DNA of 64,000 nt from a virus (Duplodnaviria; Caudoviricetes): IMG/VR virus record IMGVR_UViG_3300018430_000021, positions 160,001 to 224,000 of that record, one strand, 5' to 3'. The position numbers and the translations under genes were made by a program. Numbering within the stretch: position 1 is the first letter of the stretch; each line of letters opens with the position of its first letter. The notes below the pieces were generated by a model. The model was not told the origin of the DNA and searched no databases. It saw only the letters and a program-made list of their open reading frames with translations. This document shows positions 40,637-50,880 of the stretch, in pieces.

Positions 40637-41440
40637 TTATCCAAAAATACGCTTGATTACATCACTAGGAGGGTCATCCGGGTCATATCCGTAAACTTCT
40701 TCATATTCTACAGCGTTGCTGGGAATATCGAGGTCGGGATATTTCGATGAAGCGATACGATATGCGGCGTCATAAGCGGCATGCGGGCCGTAGCTTCTGG
40801 AATCGTCTGCATTCATGTTAGAAAGAATCGCTTTTTCAACTGCTGGATCTGGGTCGGGAAGATAGTCGCTGTAATCTTCATTCAGCAAGTAGTTTTCTGC
40901 GAGAAGTGAAGCGGCAGCATCAAAAGCTGGATTGCTGGATTCATTGATATAGCCATTTCCAAGGCAAGTAGAAACCCACTTTAATACGTCTTCTTCGTTT
41001 TCGGTAGAAACGTAGGCAACACCACGCAATTTTTCTTGTTTCTTCTTATCGATACCACCGATAACACAATCGAAGTTGATTCCATTTACGCCGTTATTGA
41101 CATGAATCTGTAAGAACGGACCACCAATGACACCATCATCAGTAGTTCTGATTTGAATAGTCCTGTAATCATAACGCTTTACGAAATAATCGTAGTCTTC
41201 GAAACGATTACAAACTTCGTCAACCTTCGCAATAAGTTGGTTTGTATACTTTGCTTCCTGTTCTTCGCTTTTTTCGCGTTCACGACTAAAATTTTCAGGG
41301 CCTTCCATGTTATTCCATGATTTTTCAGAATCACGATAATTGTCTTCCTTTGTTCTCTTGTCGAGCGGATTGCTTACATCGCGGAATTCACAGAGATAAC
41401 CGGCCTGTTTTAAAATTTCTTGAGCTTCATTTAATTCCAT
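40637..41440 (-). CDS. Putative internal head protein
   Basis: Late promoter at 41464-41471. N-terminus MELNEAQEILKQAGYLCE. Confidence 0.55.
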   Translation of the reverse strand: MELNEAQEILKQAGYLCEFRDVSNPLDKRTKEDNYRDSEKSWNNMEGPENFSREREKSEEQEAKYTNQLIAKVDEVCNRFEDYDYFVKRYDYRTIQIRTTDDGVIGGPFLQIHVNNGVNGINFDCVIGGIDKKKQEKLRGVAYVSTENEEDVLKWVSTCLGNGYINESSNPAFDAAASLLAENYLLNEDYSDYLPDPDPAVEKAILSNMNADDSRSYGPHAAYDAAYRIASSKYPDLDIPSNAVEYEEVYGYDPDDPPSDVIKRIFG

Positions 41441-41521
41441 GATTTCTCCTTAAACTTTTATATTATTTATAAAAACCCAGGCTGTTAACCCGGGCTTTAT
41501 ATGGAGATGATAAAATCGGAA

Positions 41522-44500
41522 TTACTTGTTTGTCGGTCTCTTGTAACCAAATACCTTCATGGTGTCGTCCTTCTTGACGGTTCTATCACCCTTCTTCTGG
41601 TCCTTATAGTCACAACGGTGTTTAGCGACGGACTTGCTGAAGAGTTTTGTGATATAGGCTCCGGTACCAAGAGAGTGATGGTTCTTAGCCTTTACGTTAC
41701 CGTCGCGGTCAGAGAGCCAATCTATGACCATCTGGACTGTACCTGCACTAGTAGTCTTGGCCTCGTCATTCAACGTAAATTCGATATTGAAATCGTTTAC
41801 GTAGTTCGCATTGTTGGTATAGACCCAGAGATGCAAGTTGTATGTAACGTCATAAAGCGGAATATTCAAACCATTCTTCTTGTATTCCTTCTGGAATTCT
41901 TCTGTACAATGTTCTTCAACATATTGATCGACAGGAATTCCCTTTGTGGAGGCACCAACGATATTACCCTTGTCGTCAACCGGAATCTGACCGTTCTTCA
42001 CGATGTCATCGAGCGTAGCAAGAGAACCAGTCGGAGAAACGGACGGAAGAACAATATCGACCTTGAAACCGACACCGATTACGTCCGGAATTGTATCATT
42101 CTTTGGATCCACAAACTTCACGTCATACGGTTTCTTGTCATTGTACTTGTGACCATTGGAATAGTATTCGTCAACCTTGTCCTGGTCAACCATAGTAACC
42201 GGATGTACAAGTTCAATGTCAATATCCTTAGCTTCCTTCATGATAACCATGACAGTATCGGCAGCTACGTTTCCAGCCTTATCGACGTAACGACGGATAA
42301 CATTGTTAACACCCTTTTCGAGACGCTGCAAGTTCAAGGTATCTTGGGTTTCACCGTTGACAGTCCATTTTACCGGAATAGCATTGGTGTTATATACCTG
42401 ACCGTGAACAGGGTCGAGAATTTCAAGCTTAGGCGGAATATCGTCGAAGACAATTTCTACGCTTGCAGAAGCCTTGTTTCCAAATTCATCTGTATAGTCA
42501 TAACTAATCGTATATGCGATATTTCCTTCCTTATTCTTGACAATCTTCTTCTTGTCGTCGAGGTTGTAAGAAACAGTAGTACAGGAATCGATGTTATACG
42601 ATACAGAATAATCTGTAATTCTCTGGCCAGTAAGATTGTCAACCTTATAAGAAACAGTTACGTCCTTGCCGTTGACTTTCTTCGTATAGGTAACAGTCTG
42701 AACTGTATCTAAACGATTTCCGTTTTTATCTACAAGCTGAGTAAGAGTAATCTTGGTTCCGTCAACTTCGATAACTTCCTTCATTTCGATAACACCCTTG
42801 CCGATAGTTGTAGATGTAGCGAGAGATTCATCGATGAGATAGTTGTATTCCTTAACCTTAATATCCTTGGTCGGGATAGTATCAAGTTTTACGGTAATAT
42901 CGAAGTGCTTTTCAGTCTTATGAACTGTGTCTTTGACAGTAACCATAATCTGATTTTCCTTCTTATTAACATAAATCTTGTCGTCTTTTTCTTCTTCGAT
43001 TGTGATGTAGTCAATCAAAGCGTCAGTAGACTTAGCATTTGTCAAAGTAACAACCGGAGGAGCATCGTTGAATATAACTACGATAGAATCACAGACAGTC
43101 TTCTTTTCGTTACAAACCTTGATAGTCGTATCTTTCTTGATATGCGGGAATTCCTTATTGGTTTCACAGCTATCACCTTCACAAAGTGTCCATTCAAACT
43201 TATGGTCCGGGTCATTTGTTTTAACCGTGTCCTTAGGCTTTTCGTCGTCCCAAGTAGTGATTTCAACCTTTTCAGGTTCATCCAAAACTCGGATAACTAC
43301 TGTAGCAGTATCATAGAAAGTACCGTCGGTAACAACAACCTTAACAGTGTCCTTGGTCTTCTTTTCGTAATCTATAGGATTCTTTATTACAAGAGTACCG
43401 GTAGAATCAATCTGATAATTAGTTGTATCGGTCAAGAAATACTTAGGAGTAGTCTTGTCTTCGTCCGTTGCCGGAATCTGACAAACCTTACCGGTATAAT
43501 TTTCCTTGACAGAACAAGTGGTGTCGTTTACGTGAACTGGCTCATTGACATTACCAACGGTAATCTTATATGTTGCCGTATCAGCTGCGCCGCTGGAATC
43601 CTTTGCGATAACAGTAATCTTGACTTCTGGAGTTTTTTCATAATCAAGCGGCTTTGTAACTGTCACCTTGCCGGTAGAATCAATCTTGAAACCAGGTTCC
43701 TTGATTTCGTAAATGACCTTATCTGTGTCTGGGTCAACGGCGACAATAATTCCTACGAAGCAGGTATCGCAATTTTCAGGAACAGTAAGGGAATCATTCG
43801 GCTGTAAAACCGGAGGTTCATTTACATTTGCAACATTAATGTAGATTATGGCAGTATCAGTATTGCCATTGACGTCAGTAACAACAACCTTGAGCGTATC
43901 GGCCTTTGTTGTCTCGTAATCGAAAGGATCTACCAGTCTAAGAACACCAGTATTACTATCGATGCTGTAATGCACAGTATCATCGCAAGAAAATTTAACA
44001 GGCTTTCCATCTTCATCTTCTCCTTTAACGGTTCCGATGATTCCCGTAACTCCCTCTTTAACAGTTAACGTGGTATCATAAGCATGTACAGGTTCATCGA
44101 CATCTATAATATTTACAATAAATGTCGTGTCCTTCTTAGAACCGTCAGTGGAGGTAACAGTAACAGTTACAGGATATTTGTCCTTAGTTTCGAAATCGAA
44201 GATAGTATTTGTAGTAATTACACCAAGAACCGGGTCAATCTTGAAATTAACCACGTCGTTAATGGAGTAAGTAACATCTGTACTATCTGCATCCTTACCG
44301 ATGATAGCACCGATAATAGTTCCTACATCTGCATTTTCTTCAACTTTTTCAATCTTTCCAGAAACAGTAATCGGTTCCTGAATGTTCGTAATCTTGATGG
44401 TATAGTTAGCACTGTCAGCAAATTCACCGTCTTCGACTTTGACCTTGACTACATAAACAGTATCTTCAGTTTCATAGTCGAATACGTGCTTAGTCTTGAT

Positions 44501-46003
44501 TACACCGTCTTCGATAGTGAACAATCCACTGGTATCTTCAATAGACCAGACGAGCGGAGCTAAACCGTCATCTGTATACTTAATTTCCCCGACTTTTCCA
44601 GTTCCTGGCGGAATACGTAATTCTTCCTGATAGGTCTTGATAGTATCAGACTTGTCGAGAACGATAGAAGTATTCTGCTTGAGTTGAGCATCTTCAATTT
44701 TAATTGGAAGTTCACCAGAAGTTTCACCATTAGGCAAAACTGCACCAGTGATACTATCAATTCTCATAATCAAGTAATCATTATCTTCAACTAGGCTATC
44801 AATTTTGACATTGACTTTGATTGTATCAAGCGGAGATTTTTGACCAATAGGAATTTTTGTTGTAACAGCAGATTCACCGCAAATCGGTAAATTTGGTCCA
44901 ATAGGTTCCATATTAAAGTCATCTACAGTGACACCATCTTTCAAATCGAAACAATATGTAAAATAGACATCAATAGTAGCTGTATCAGATAGACTAAGCG
45001 GAATAACAACAGTAGAATCGTTTTCTTTTAGACCTCCTTGCTTTTTTAATTCTGGAAAATCAAGCGTATCAGGGTCATATTTAACGAATCTGAAATTTTC
45101 ACCTTTAAAATCATTACCGATTTCAAGTTGATTTGCTAACAACTGACCAGAAAAATCAAGGTTACACTTTAAGAAAATCTTAGATGTGGTGATAAATGAA
45201 CCTTGAATTGGAACATTATCAGTATTATCAAATATAATGTTTTTATTAGAATAAATTAAAACATTACCTTTATACTTATTTTGTGGTAATATAGAATCAC
45301 CAAGAATAACACTAATTGTTGTATGGTTTCCAATATACAAAGAGTCAACAAAAATTCGAGTTAGACGGTTCTTTTCCATCTTAATATAAATTTTACATTT
45401 ATCATGACCACCCACACAAGTATGAATATTCTTAAAATATAAATCATATTGACCTTCGCCTTCTGGAACATAAATGGTATCAGATTGTTCATCTTTTGTC
45501 AAAATAATATCATTTTGATAACCTTCGGTAGGCCATGCAATGGTAGGTATCTGTAATGTAGCTGATGCATCAGGAACAGAATCACAACTGAAGTTTCCGG
45601 TTACATTAGAAGCATTTTTATCTATCAAACAAATATTTCCAGCATATTCGCCACGAACATCTGAATTAAAGGTATTAGCTCTAACTGGGCCAGTAGTAAA
45701 TTTGCTGTCCATACCTAAAGTTATATCGCCAGTTGTTAATACTGGACCGCCTAAAACAATCTGACCATTACCATCGGAATAAATGTTTCCTCTTGAACCA
45801 TTCCAACCAGATTTATCTGTGATTTTTATATTATGCCCCATTTTAATATAATCGGTACCCCATAACTTATATTGAAGCATATAATCAAACTGGTTCTGCT
45901 GTGTTGCAGAATCAACGGCAATGCCTGGGAATTCGAACGGCTTATAGTCCGCACCTACTGCGAACGCTATGAATAGAAGTAATAATGCAATAATTTTCTT
46001 CAT
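41522..46003 (-). CDS. Secreted cadherin-repeat protein with Fibrobacter-type C-terminal module
   Basis: Signal peptide, several DYE/DFE...NVNEPP cadherin repeats, and C-terminus LGTGAYI...FGYKRP recalled from Fibrobacter outer-surface paralog families. Early promoter at 46048-46076. Confidence 0.8.
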   Translation of the reverse strand: MKKIIALLLLFIAFAVGADYKPFEFPGIAVDSATQQNQFDYMLQYKLWGTDYIKMGHNIKITDKSGWNGSRGNIYSDGNGQIVLGGPVLTTGDITLGMDSKFTTGPVRANTFNSDVRGEYAGNICLIDKNASNVTGNFSCDSVPDASATLQIPTIAWPTEGYQNDIILTKDEQSDTIYVPEGEGQYDLYFKNIHTCVGGHDKCKIYIKMEKNRLTRIFVDSLYIGNHTTISVILGDSILPQNKYKGNVLIYSNKNIIFDNTDNVPIQGSFITTSKIFLKCNLDFSGQLLANQLEIGNDFKGENFRFVKYDPDTLDFPELKKQGGLKENDSTVVIPLSLSDTATIDVYFTYCFDLKDGVTVDDFNMEPIGPNLPICGESAVTTKIPIGQKSPLDTIKVNVKIDSLVEDNDYLIMRIDSITGAVLPNGETSGELPIKIEDAQLKQNTSIVLDKSDTIKTYQEELRIPPGTGKVGEIKYTDDGLAPLVWSIEDTSGLFTIEDGVIKTKHVFDYETEDTVYVVKVKVEDGEFADSANYTIKITNIQEPITVSGKIEKVEENADVGTIIGAIIGKDADSTDVTYSINDVVNFKIDPVLGVITTNTIFDFETKDKYPVTVTVTSTDGSKKDTTFIVNIIDVDEPVHAYDTTLTVKEGVTGIIGTVKGEDEDGKPVKFSCDDTVHYSIDSNTGVLRLVDPFDYETTKADTLKVVVTDVNGNTDTAIIYINVANVNEPPVLQPNDSLTVPENCDTCFVGIIVAVDPDTDKVIYEIKEPGFKIDSTGKVTVTKPLDYEKTPEVKITVIAKDSSGAADTATYKITVGNVNEPVHVNDTTCSVKENYTGKVCQIPATDEDKTTPKYFLTDTTNYQIDSTGTLVIKNPIDYEKKTKDTVKVVVTDGTFYDTATVVIRVLDEPEKVEITTWDDEKPKDTVKTNDPDHKFEWTLCEGDSCETNKEFPHIKKDTTIKVCNEKKTVCDSIVVIFNDAPPVVTLTNAKSTDALIDYITIEEEKDDKIYVNKKENQIMVTVKDTVHKTEKHFDITVKLDTIPTKDIKVKEYNYLIDESLATSTTIGKGVIEMKEVIEVDGTKITLTQLVDKNGNRLDTVQTVTYTKKVNGKDVTVSYKVDNLTGQRITDYSVSYNIDSCTTVSYNLDDKKKIVKNKEGNIAYTISYDYTDEFGNKASASVEIVFDDIPPKLEILDPVHGQVYNTNAIPVKWTVNGETQDTLNLQRLEKGVNNVIRRYVDKAGNVAADTVMVIMKEAKDIDIELVHPVTMVDQDKVDEYYSNGHKYNDKKPYDVKFVDPKNDTIPDVIGVGFKVDIVLPSVSPTGSLATLDDIVKNGQIPVDDKGNIVGASTKGIPVDQYVEEHCTEEFQKEYKKNGLNIPLYDVTYNLHLWVYTNNANYVNDFNIEFTLNDEAKTTSAGTVQMVIDWLSDRDGNVKAKNHHSLGTGAYITKLFSKSVAKHRCDYKDQKKGDRTVKKDDTMKVFGYKRPTNK

Positions 46004-46092
46004 GTTTAACTTCCTTTAACTTTCAATATATATTTATAACAGCCACAAATATAGCAAATTTATTGCATCTTGTAAACCCCATAAATATAATG

Positions 46093-47061
46093 ATGAATTT
46101 AATAGAAGCAAAATCGGTTTTAAAGTCCTCTGACTATATCCTCGAGTCCAAGGGTGACATAGTTATTCAGAATTTGTTGAATACTCTCGTTACGGCATGT
46201 GAACTTTACATTTCGCATGACTATGAAAGAATTCAGAAGGCTTACAGGTCTGCAAGGGCACAGACGTTTCTGTCAAGTGACCCGATAATTCTCCCGAAGA
46301 AAACGTATACCAAGGCCGGTATGACATTTACCGTTCCTCCCGTTATGTTCATGATGGACAAGGACTTCAAGCAGTTCAATCATGATAATTCATGGAATGT
46401 TAGCGGTGTCTATGAATCAAAGATTTCAGAAAATCCGAAAGTAAGTGCTCTTATGGACAAATTCGGTGTCAAGAAGACATGGGCCGGCGTCGTTATTATT
46501 ACCGAGCAGACAAAGTTCAGTAAGTTTAGCAAACCGGAATTCTTGGATGTATTTAGGACAAATATCCGAATGACTTTGAAACATGAGCTTCTTCATTATG
46601 TTCAAGGAATTGCGAAGAGAATCGCGGAAGACAGGATTACTCCTATTATCGAGGAACAGAACAGTTATATTCTGAATATTCTTAAAGATACGAGCATTGT
46701 ATATGATAACGAAGAAGTAGATTCCGAAGACGAATATACAAGATATATGCTCAAGAGTAAGGAAATCGATGCAAGATTCCATCAGGAAATCACGACATTC
46801 CTTGTTACCCGCAAGATAGATCCAAATAATCTGGAAGATGCGGCCAATAAGTTTATTTCCACATATATCTGGAAGCTTGAAGACTTACCGGAAAAAACAA
46901 AGACCGCAATTTATAATCGACTCATCTTTATTTTAGAGCAGTGCAAGGAACTTGGATTGTTTGAAAAAGTCACCGATGAAGACGGTGACGAAGAAGTAAA
47001 GATTAAGCAGATTTATAGAGAAAAGGGCGATGCCGCCCTTTGGAATCTTATTGGGAAATAG
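46093..47061 (+). CDS. Putative internal virion zinc metallopeptidase (HExxH)
   Basis: LKHELLHYVQ...EIDA motif. CATAAATA promoter. N-terminus MNLIEAKSVLKSSDYILE. Confidence 0.55.
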   Translation: MNLIEAKSVLKSSDYILESKGDIVIQNLLNTLVTACELYISHDYERIQKAYRSARAQTFLSSDPIILPKKTYTKAGMTFTVPPVMFMMDKDFKQFNHDNSWNVSGVYESKISENPKVSALMDKFGVKKTWAGVVIITEQTKFSKFSKPEFLDVFRTNIRMTLKHELLHYVQGIAKRIAEDRITPIIEEQNSYILNILKDTSIVYDNEEVDSEDEYTRYMLKSKEIDARFHQEITTFLVTRKIDPNNLEDAANKFISTYIWKLEDLPEKTKTAIYNRLIFILEQCKELGLFEKVTDEDGDEEVKIKQIYREKGDAALWNLIGK

Positions 47062-48343
47062 TTTTCACGAAAGTCTTATTGAATGACTGGAAAGGAATTT
47101 CCTCTTCTATTTCGTAATCGTCGTCATAACATAGGATTACGTTATTGACGTCATCTACTTCGATTTCCGGATAACGCTTGTCGAACATGAGCTTACCGGT
47201 AGTTGTATTCAACAGGTTTTGACCTGCATGGAAATAACTTACGGTAAACAGGTTCATCATTGGCGTTTCGTTTAAACTCTGACATTTTTCATCGTCGACA
47301 AAACGTTTTCTCTTCAAGTCAAAAATCAAATAATCGTATTTACCTTCGCAAAGAACAAAATTTGATAAATCGGAACGATAAGACTTCATGACCAATCTGG
47401 TAAACTTCTTATCGGTAAGAAATTTTCCGTTTTTATCAATAAGGGTATACTGACCGAAACGACCGCTTTCATCTGCACAGATTGCCGCGAATACTTCATA
47501 ACCTATATGCTTATAGACACAGGCATAAATGTCGTTATCCCAAAGTTTTGTATTCATCTTGAAGAACAACTTGTTCGGCAAGAAATTATAGGTTAAAACT
47601 TTGACATTCTTCAGTGTCTTAAGGTTATTGATATTCAGTTCGTCTTCGGCGACAGTTCTATGACGACCAACGAGATATGCGGTAAAAGCCCAGTTGACAT
47701 CGTTGTTTTCTACTTCGGCGGACATGACGACATAAAAATGTTTATTGACGTCAAGATTTGTTTCATCATCGTCGTCATCTTCTATATTTCCACTATTCGT
47801 AGGAACATGTGCGAAGTCTAAAGCGATATGTTTCGAAACAGAGAAAGAATTAAATTCCTTTGTAGTGTTATCGAGCATAGGAATAATTCTTTCGGGATTA
47901 TAAAAGATTTTCTTGTCTTTCTTATATGCCGAGATAATATCAGTAAGCGAAAGAGTCAGACCGCGATAAACTGTTGTATAGCCTTTGCTCATGTACTTTT
48001 TAAGGAAATTCCATTCGCACTGAACAAGGTCGTTAGCTTCGCGGTTTTTCTTAAGATAATTCGCTACGTCTTCATTGGATTCGAGTTCTTTCAAAGTAAT
48101 ATCGTTAATTGCATTGACGTCAATCATGCCAGAAAGGACCGCAAGAGCGATAGTATAATAATCCTTCTGTTTTACATTCAACCATAAGGATCCGTCCTTA
48201 TCGTTGTAATGAGTTGAAGTATAATCTACTTTTCGTTTTTCGCGGCCCTGTTTGGCCAAATCTGCATACTTACCGTATTTTTTCTGGGTAAGAGCAGGAA
48301 GTTCAGACATTTCATTTAGATAATTTGAAAGACTCTTGTACAT
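47048..48343 (-). CDS. Putative ADP-ribosyltransferase-domain virion protein with C-terminal WG-like repeats
   Basis: VYRG...FNSFSVS...IALDFA...EDE (R-S-E triad pattern). Late promoter. N-terminal YLNE motif. Confidence 0.55.
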   Translation of the reverse strand: MYKSLSNYLNEMSELPALTQKKYGKYADLAKQGREKRKVDYTSTHYNDKDGSLWLNVKQKDYYTIALAVLSGMIDVNAINDITLKELESNEDVANYLKKNREANDLVQCEWNFLKKYMSKGYTTVYRGLTLSLTDIISAYKKDKKIFYNPERIIPMLDNTTKEFNSFSVSKHIALDFAHVPTNSGNIEDDDDDETNLDVNKHFYVVMSAEVENNDVNWAFTAYLVGRHRTVAEDELNINNLKTLKNVKVLTYNFLPNKLFFKMNTKLWDNDIYACVYKHIGYEVFAAICADESGRFGQYTLIDKNGKFLTDKKFTRLVMKSYRSDLSNFVLCEGKYDYLIFDLKRKRFVDDEKCQSLNETPMMNLFTVSYFHAGQNLLNTTTGKLMFDKRYPEIEVDDVNNVILCYDDDYEIEEEIPFQSFNKTFVKTISQ

Positions 48344-48359
48344 ACATTATTTATGACTA

Positions 48360-49172
48360 CTATATCTTTTCAAAATATTTCTTTATAGTCATATCTATTG
48401 TATCGTAACCGCCATAACCCGGATTGTTATGTATATTCTCGTCATACGGGTGTTTCTCGCATGCGGCACTTCCACGAGCCCATTTCTTTTTCCAGTCGTC
48501 GATAGACTTCAGATGATAGTGGTAAAGACGAATTCCAGCTTCATGGTCAGTAAGACCGTAAGTAGAATCCTTTGTAATGTCAGAACCGACTACCTTAGCC
48601 ATACGGAACCATTCCTTGCTTCCAGGATATTTGGTAAACGGAATATGACCGACTTCTCTGTTATTCTTGCTGAAACAGAACTTAATATTCGGACTGTATA
48701 AAATAATACACTTTCCTTGGCTGGAAACGTCGTTTCTTCTATAATAATTGGTAAACACGTAAGGAGCAGAACGCTGTTCATTAAGATGTTTGGAACTCAT
48801 ATAGATTTGCGGTACACAGATAACATCGAGGGGCGTTTCCAAGAATACGTCACCGATTCGTGCTTCCCATCTTCCGTCAAACCAGAAATATTCGTCATCG
48901 TCAGCAAATATAACATAGTCGTTTTCCGCAATATTATATGGATTTTCGGAAAGTATGGTATCAAACAGCTTCCACTGGTTTGGCCAGCCAGAAAGTTTTT
49001 CATAGGTATCTGGGTCCTTGACGACAGACTTGATGTCGACTGAGGAATCGTTGTCTATAACATGGATCTTGACGTTTCCGCCCAGGGAACGATAGTATTT
49101 GTACCAGGTTTCGAAATCGAGAATGTTATAGGATTTGGTGAGACAGATTATATGGAGGGTATTATTTGTCAT
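48360..49172 (-). CDS. Glycosyltransferase (GT2/GT92-like)
   Basis: WYKYY...HVIDNDS...VIFADDDEY...KCI...LYHYHLKS. Confidence 0.75.
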   Translation of the reverse strand: MTNNTLHIICLTKSYNILDFETWYKYYRSLGGNVKIHVIDNDSSVDIKSVVKDPDTYEKLSGWPNQWKLFDTILSENPYNIAENDYVIFADDDEYFWFDGRWEARIGDVFLETPLDVICVPQIYMSSKHLNEQRSAPYVFTNYYRRNDVSSQGKCIILYSPNIKFCFSKNNREVGHIPFTKYPGSKEWFRMAKVVGSDITKDSTYGLTDHEAGIRLYHYHLKSIDDWKKKWARGSAACEKHPYDENIHNNPGYGGYDTIDMTIKKYFEKI

Positions 49173-49320
49173 CTGGGTAATCTTGTCCAAGAACGGCTAA
49201 AAGTACGGCACCTACGATAGTTAAAATGCTTGAAGCGGCATAGGATTCGAAAATAACCCATATTGCCCAAGCTACAAAGATAAGTAATAGTGCTGAAATT
49301 AAAGTTATTTTGTGTTTCAT
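49162..49320 (-). CDS. Small two-TM membrane protein (not in ORF track)
   Basis: MKHKITLISALLLIFVAWAIWVIFESYAASSILTIVGAVLLAVLGQDYPDDK. -10 TATATT 7 nt upstream. Confidence 0.6.
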   Translation of the reverse strand: MKHKITLISALLLIFVAWAIWVIFESYAASSILTIVGAVLLAVLGQDYPDDK

Positions 49321-49386
49321 ATATTTAAATATAGCAAACTTTTAAAAAATGTTTATAAATAAGATATATAAGAATTTGGAGTTTTT

Positions 49387-49836
49387 ATGCCTAATAACAA
49401 TTTTTTGACAGAAGCGAGCATGATTCTCGATTACGGCTACGGTGCAACGCCTAAGATGAACGAAAATGCCTATGACGACCGTGTAGCCCAGGATGCAAAC
49501 GAAGACGAACAGTTTATGAACCAGATTGAAGAACCTGAGGCAACAGCCGAACCTGACGAAACAGCAGACTTGCTTGCCAAGGCAGCAGAACTTTCAGAAG
49601 TTGCTCAGACTCTTATCGAAGTCAAACCTGAACAGGTAAAGGCCATGGGTGAAGAAGGTGCAAGGAAGATTTTTGCTCTTGCCTATCTCGGTTCTGAATG
49701 TAATGCCATTGAACAGGCTTATTCTGACTTCATGAACGCCGATGAGACTATTGAAGTTAAAGAATCCACTGACAATATGGATTATCTGGCCAGCCGAATG
49801 CTCCGCGAACCTGGTATGCTGGAAGACGAAGAATAA
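49387..49836 (+). CDS. Acidic late protein (possible head-associated protein)
   Basis: TATAAATA at 49354-49361, GGAG SD, N-terminal FLTE motif. Confidence 0.6.
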   Translation: MPNNNFLTEASMILDYGYGATPKMNENAYDDRVAQDANEDEQFMNQIEEPEATAEPDETADLLAKAAELSEVAQTLIEVKPEQVKAMGEEGARKIFALAYLGSECNAIEQAYSDFMNADETIEVKESTDNMDYLASRMLREPGMLEDEE

Positions 49837-49856
49837 TTTTACTCACCTGAAACATA

Positions 49857-49882
49857 AAACCGACCTTATGGGTCGGTTTTTC
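49857..49882. terminator. Bidirectional terminator
   Basis: AAAACCGACCTTATGGGTCGGTTTTT. Confidence 0.75.
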
Positions 49883-49893
49883 TTTATAATTAC

Positions 49894-50490
49894 CTACTTG
49901 TGTTTGATAGGTTCTTTATAATGATGTACTTCAACAGTTTTCTTAACCGTATCTACGATGAGTAAATCCAGATTGGAAAACTTAAAACCCTTGGAGTTAA
50001 TAACGTCATAAGCACTAATTCCCGGATTTCCGGTCATATAGTGATAGATATAACGAATTAACATTCCATGAGAAATAGCAATTACAGCATTCGTGTTATT
50101 TTCGTGACGAATGTCGTTTCCCATATCATGCAAGACAATCTTGGCACGTTTTTCCATCGTAGAAGCTGGAAGGAAAACTAGCCGATTGAATTCTTCTTCT
50201 GTAATTTCCCAGAACTTTTTGTTTCCGAGAGCCTTGCATTCGAATTCTCCAAGACTCTTGGTCACTTCGCACGGAAAACGGTCAAAAAGAAGTTTTGCCG
50301 TGCTGATGCATCGTTTTGTAGGAGAACTGACAATAACCTTCCTGTCTTCTTCAGGAATAAACTTGCCAACACAATCTTCCCAATCGTCCGGCTTGTCATA
50401 AAGGTTAATATCCGAGTTTTCATATCCGGCAATCATCGAACCAGAGAGGTTTGCCGAAGTCGGTGCATGTCTGATGAAATAGAATTTCAA
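49894..50490 (-). CDS. Histidine phosphatase (phosphoglycerate mutase family)
   Basis: FIRHAPT, SSPTKRCISTA, LGE and ISHG motifs. Confidence 0.88.
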   Translation of the reverse strand: MKFYFIRHAPTSANLSGSMIAGYENSDINLYDKPDDWEDCVGKFIPEEDRKVIVSSPTKRCISTAKLLFDRFPCEVTKSLGEFECKALGNKKFWEITEEEFNRLVFLPASTMEKRAKIVLHDMGNDIRHENNTNAVIAISHGMLIRYIYHYMTGNPGISAYDVINSKGFKFSNLDLLIVDTVKKTVEVHHYKEPIKHK

Positions 50491-50687
50491 CGGTAACTAT
50501 CTCCAATAGTGAGTTCTTGTTCAACTAAAACGTTTTCGTCGTTAAAGATATTCTTAAGTTCAATAACCTTGAGGTTATATTCTTCTGCGACTTTATTAAA
50601 TGGATCAATGTTATTAAACAACATCTGGTCAACGAGTTCTTGCGGGATTGCCTTATCACTTAAATTCTTAACTTTTACTGTAACCAT
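50487..50687 (-). CDS. Hypothetical protein
   Basis: GAGGA SD, 66 aa. Confidence 0.55.
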   Translation of the reverse strand: MVTVKVKNLSDKAIPQELVDQMLFNNIDPFNKVAEEYNLKVIELKNIFNDENVLVEQELTIGDSYR

Positions 50688-50703
50688 AATATCCTCTAAA
50701 TAT

Positions 50704-50880
50704 TTATTTTTCGGTAAAGTGATCGAATATACCGGCTAGAATCGAAATTCCGATAATCAATAAAACGACAAAACCTGCCGCATAGACTGCTGAGGCGAGT
50801 TCACTATAAATTCCGGCTGTTCCTGAACCTGCATTCTGGGCGGCGAGGAGGATTCTCATTGTTTCTACGTCAGTGTTCAT
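50704..50880 (-). CDS. Small membrane protein (not in ORF track)
   Basis: MNTDVETMRILLAAQNAG...FVVLLIIGISILAGIFDHFTEK. -10 TATATT 6 nt upstream. Confidence 0.55.
   Translation of the reverse strand: MNTDVETMRILLAAQNAGSGTAGIYSELASAVYAAGFVVLLIIGISILAGIFDHFTEK

Noticed and set aside
41501-43807. 403-aa and 300-aa plus-strand ORFs
   Set aside because: Antisense shadows of the cadherin gene.
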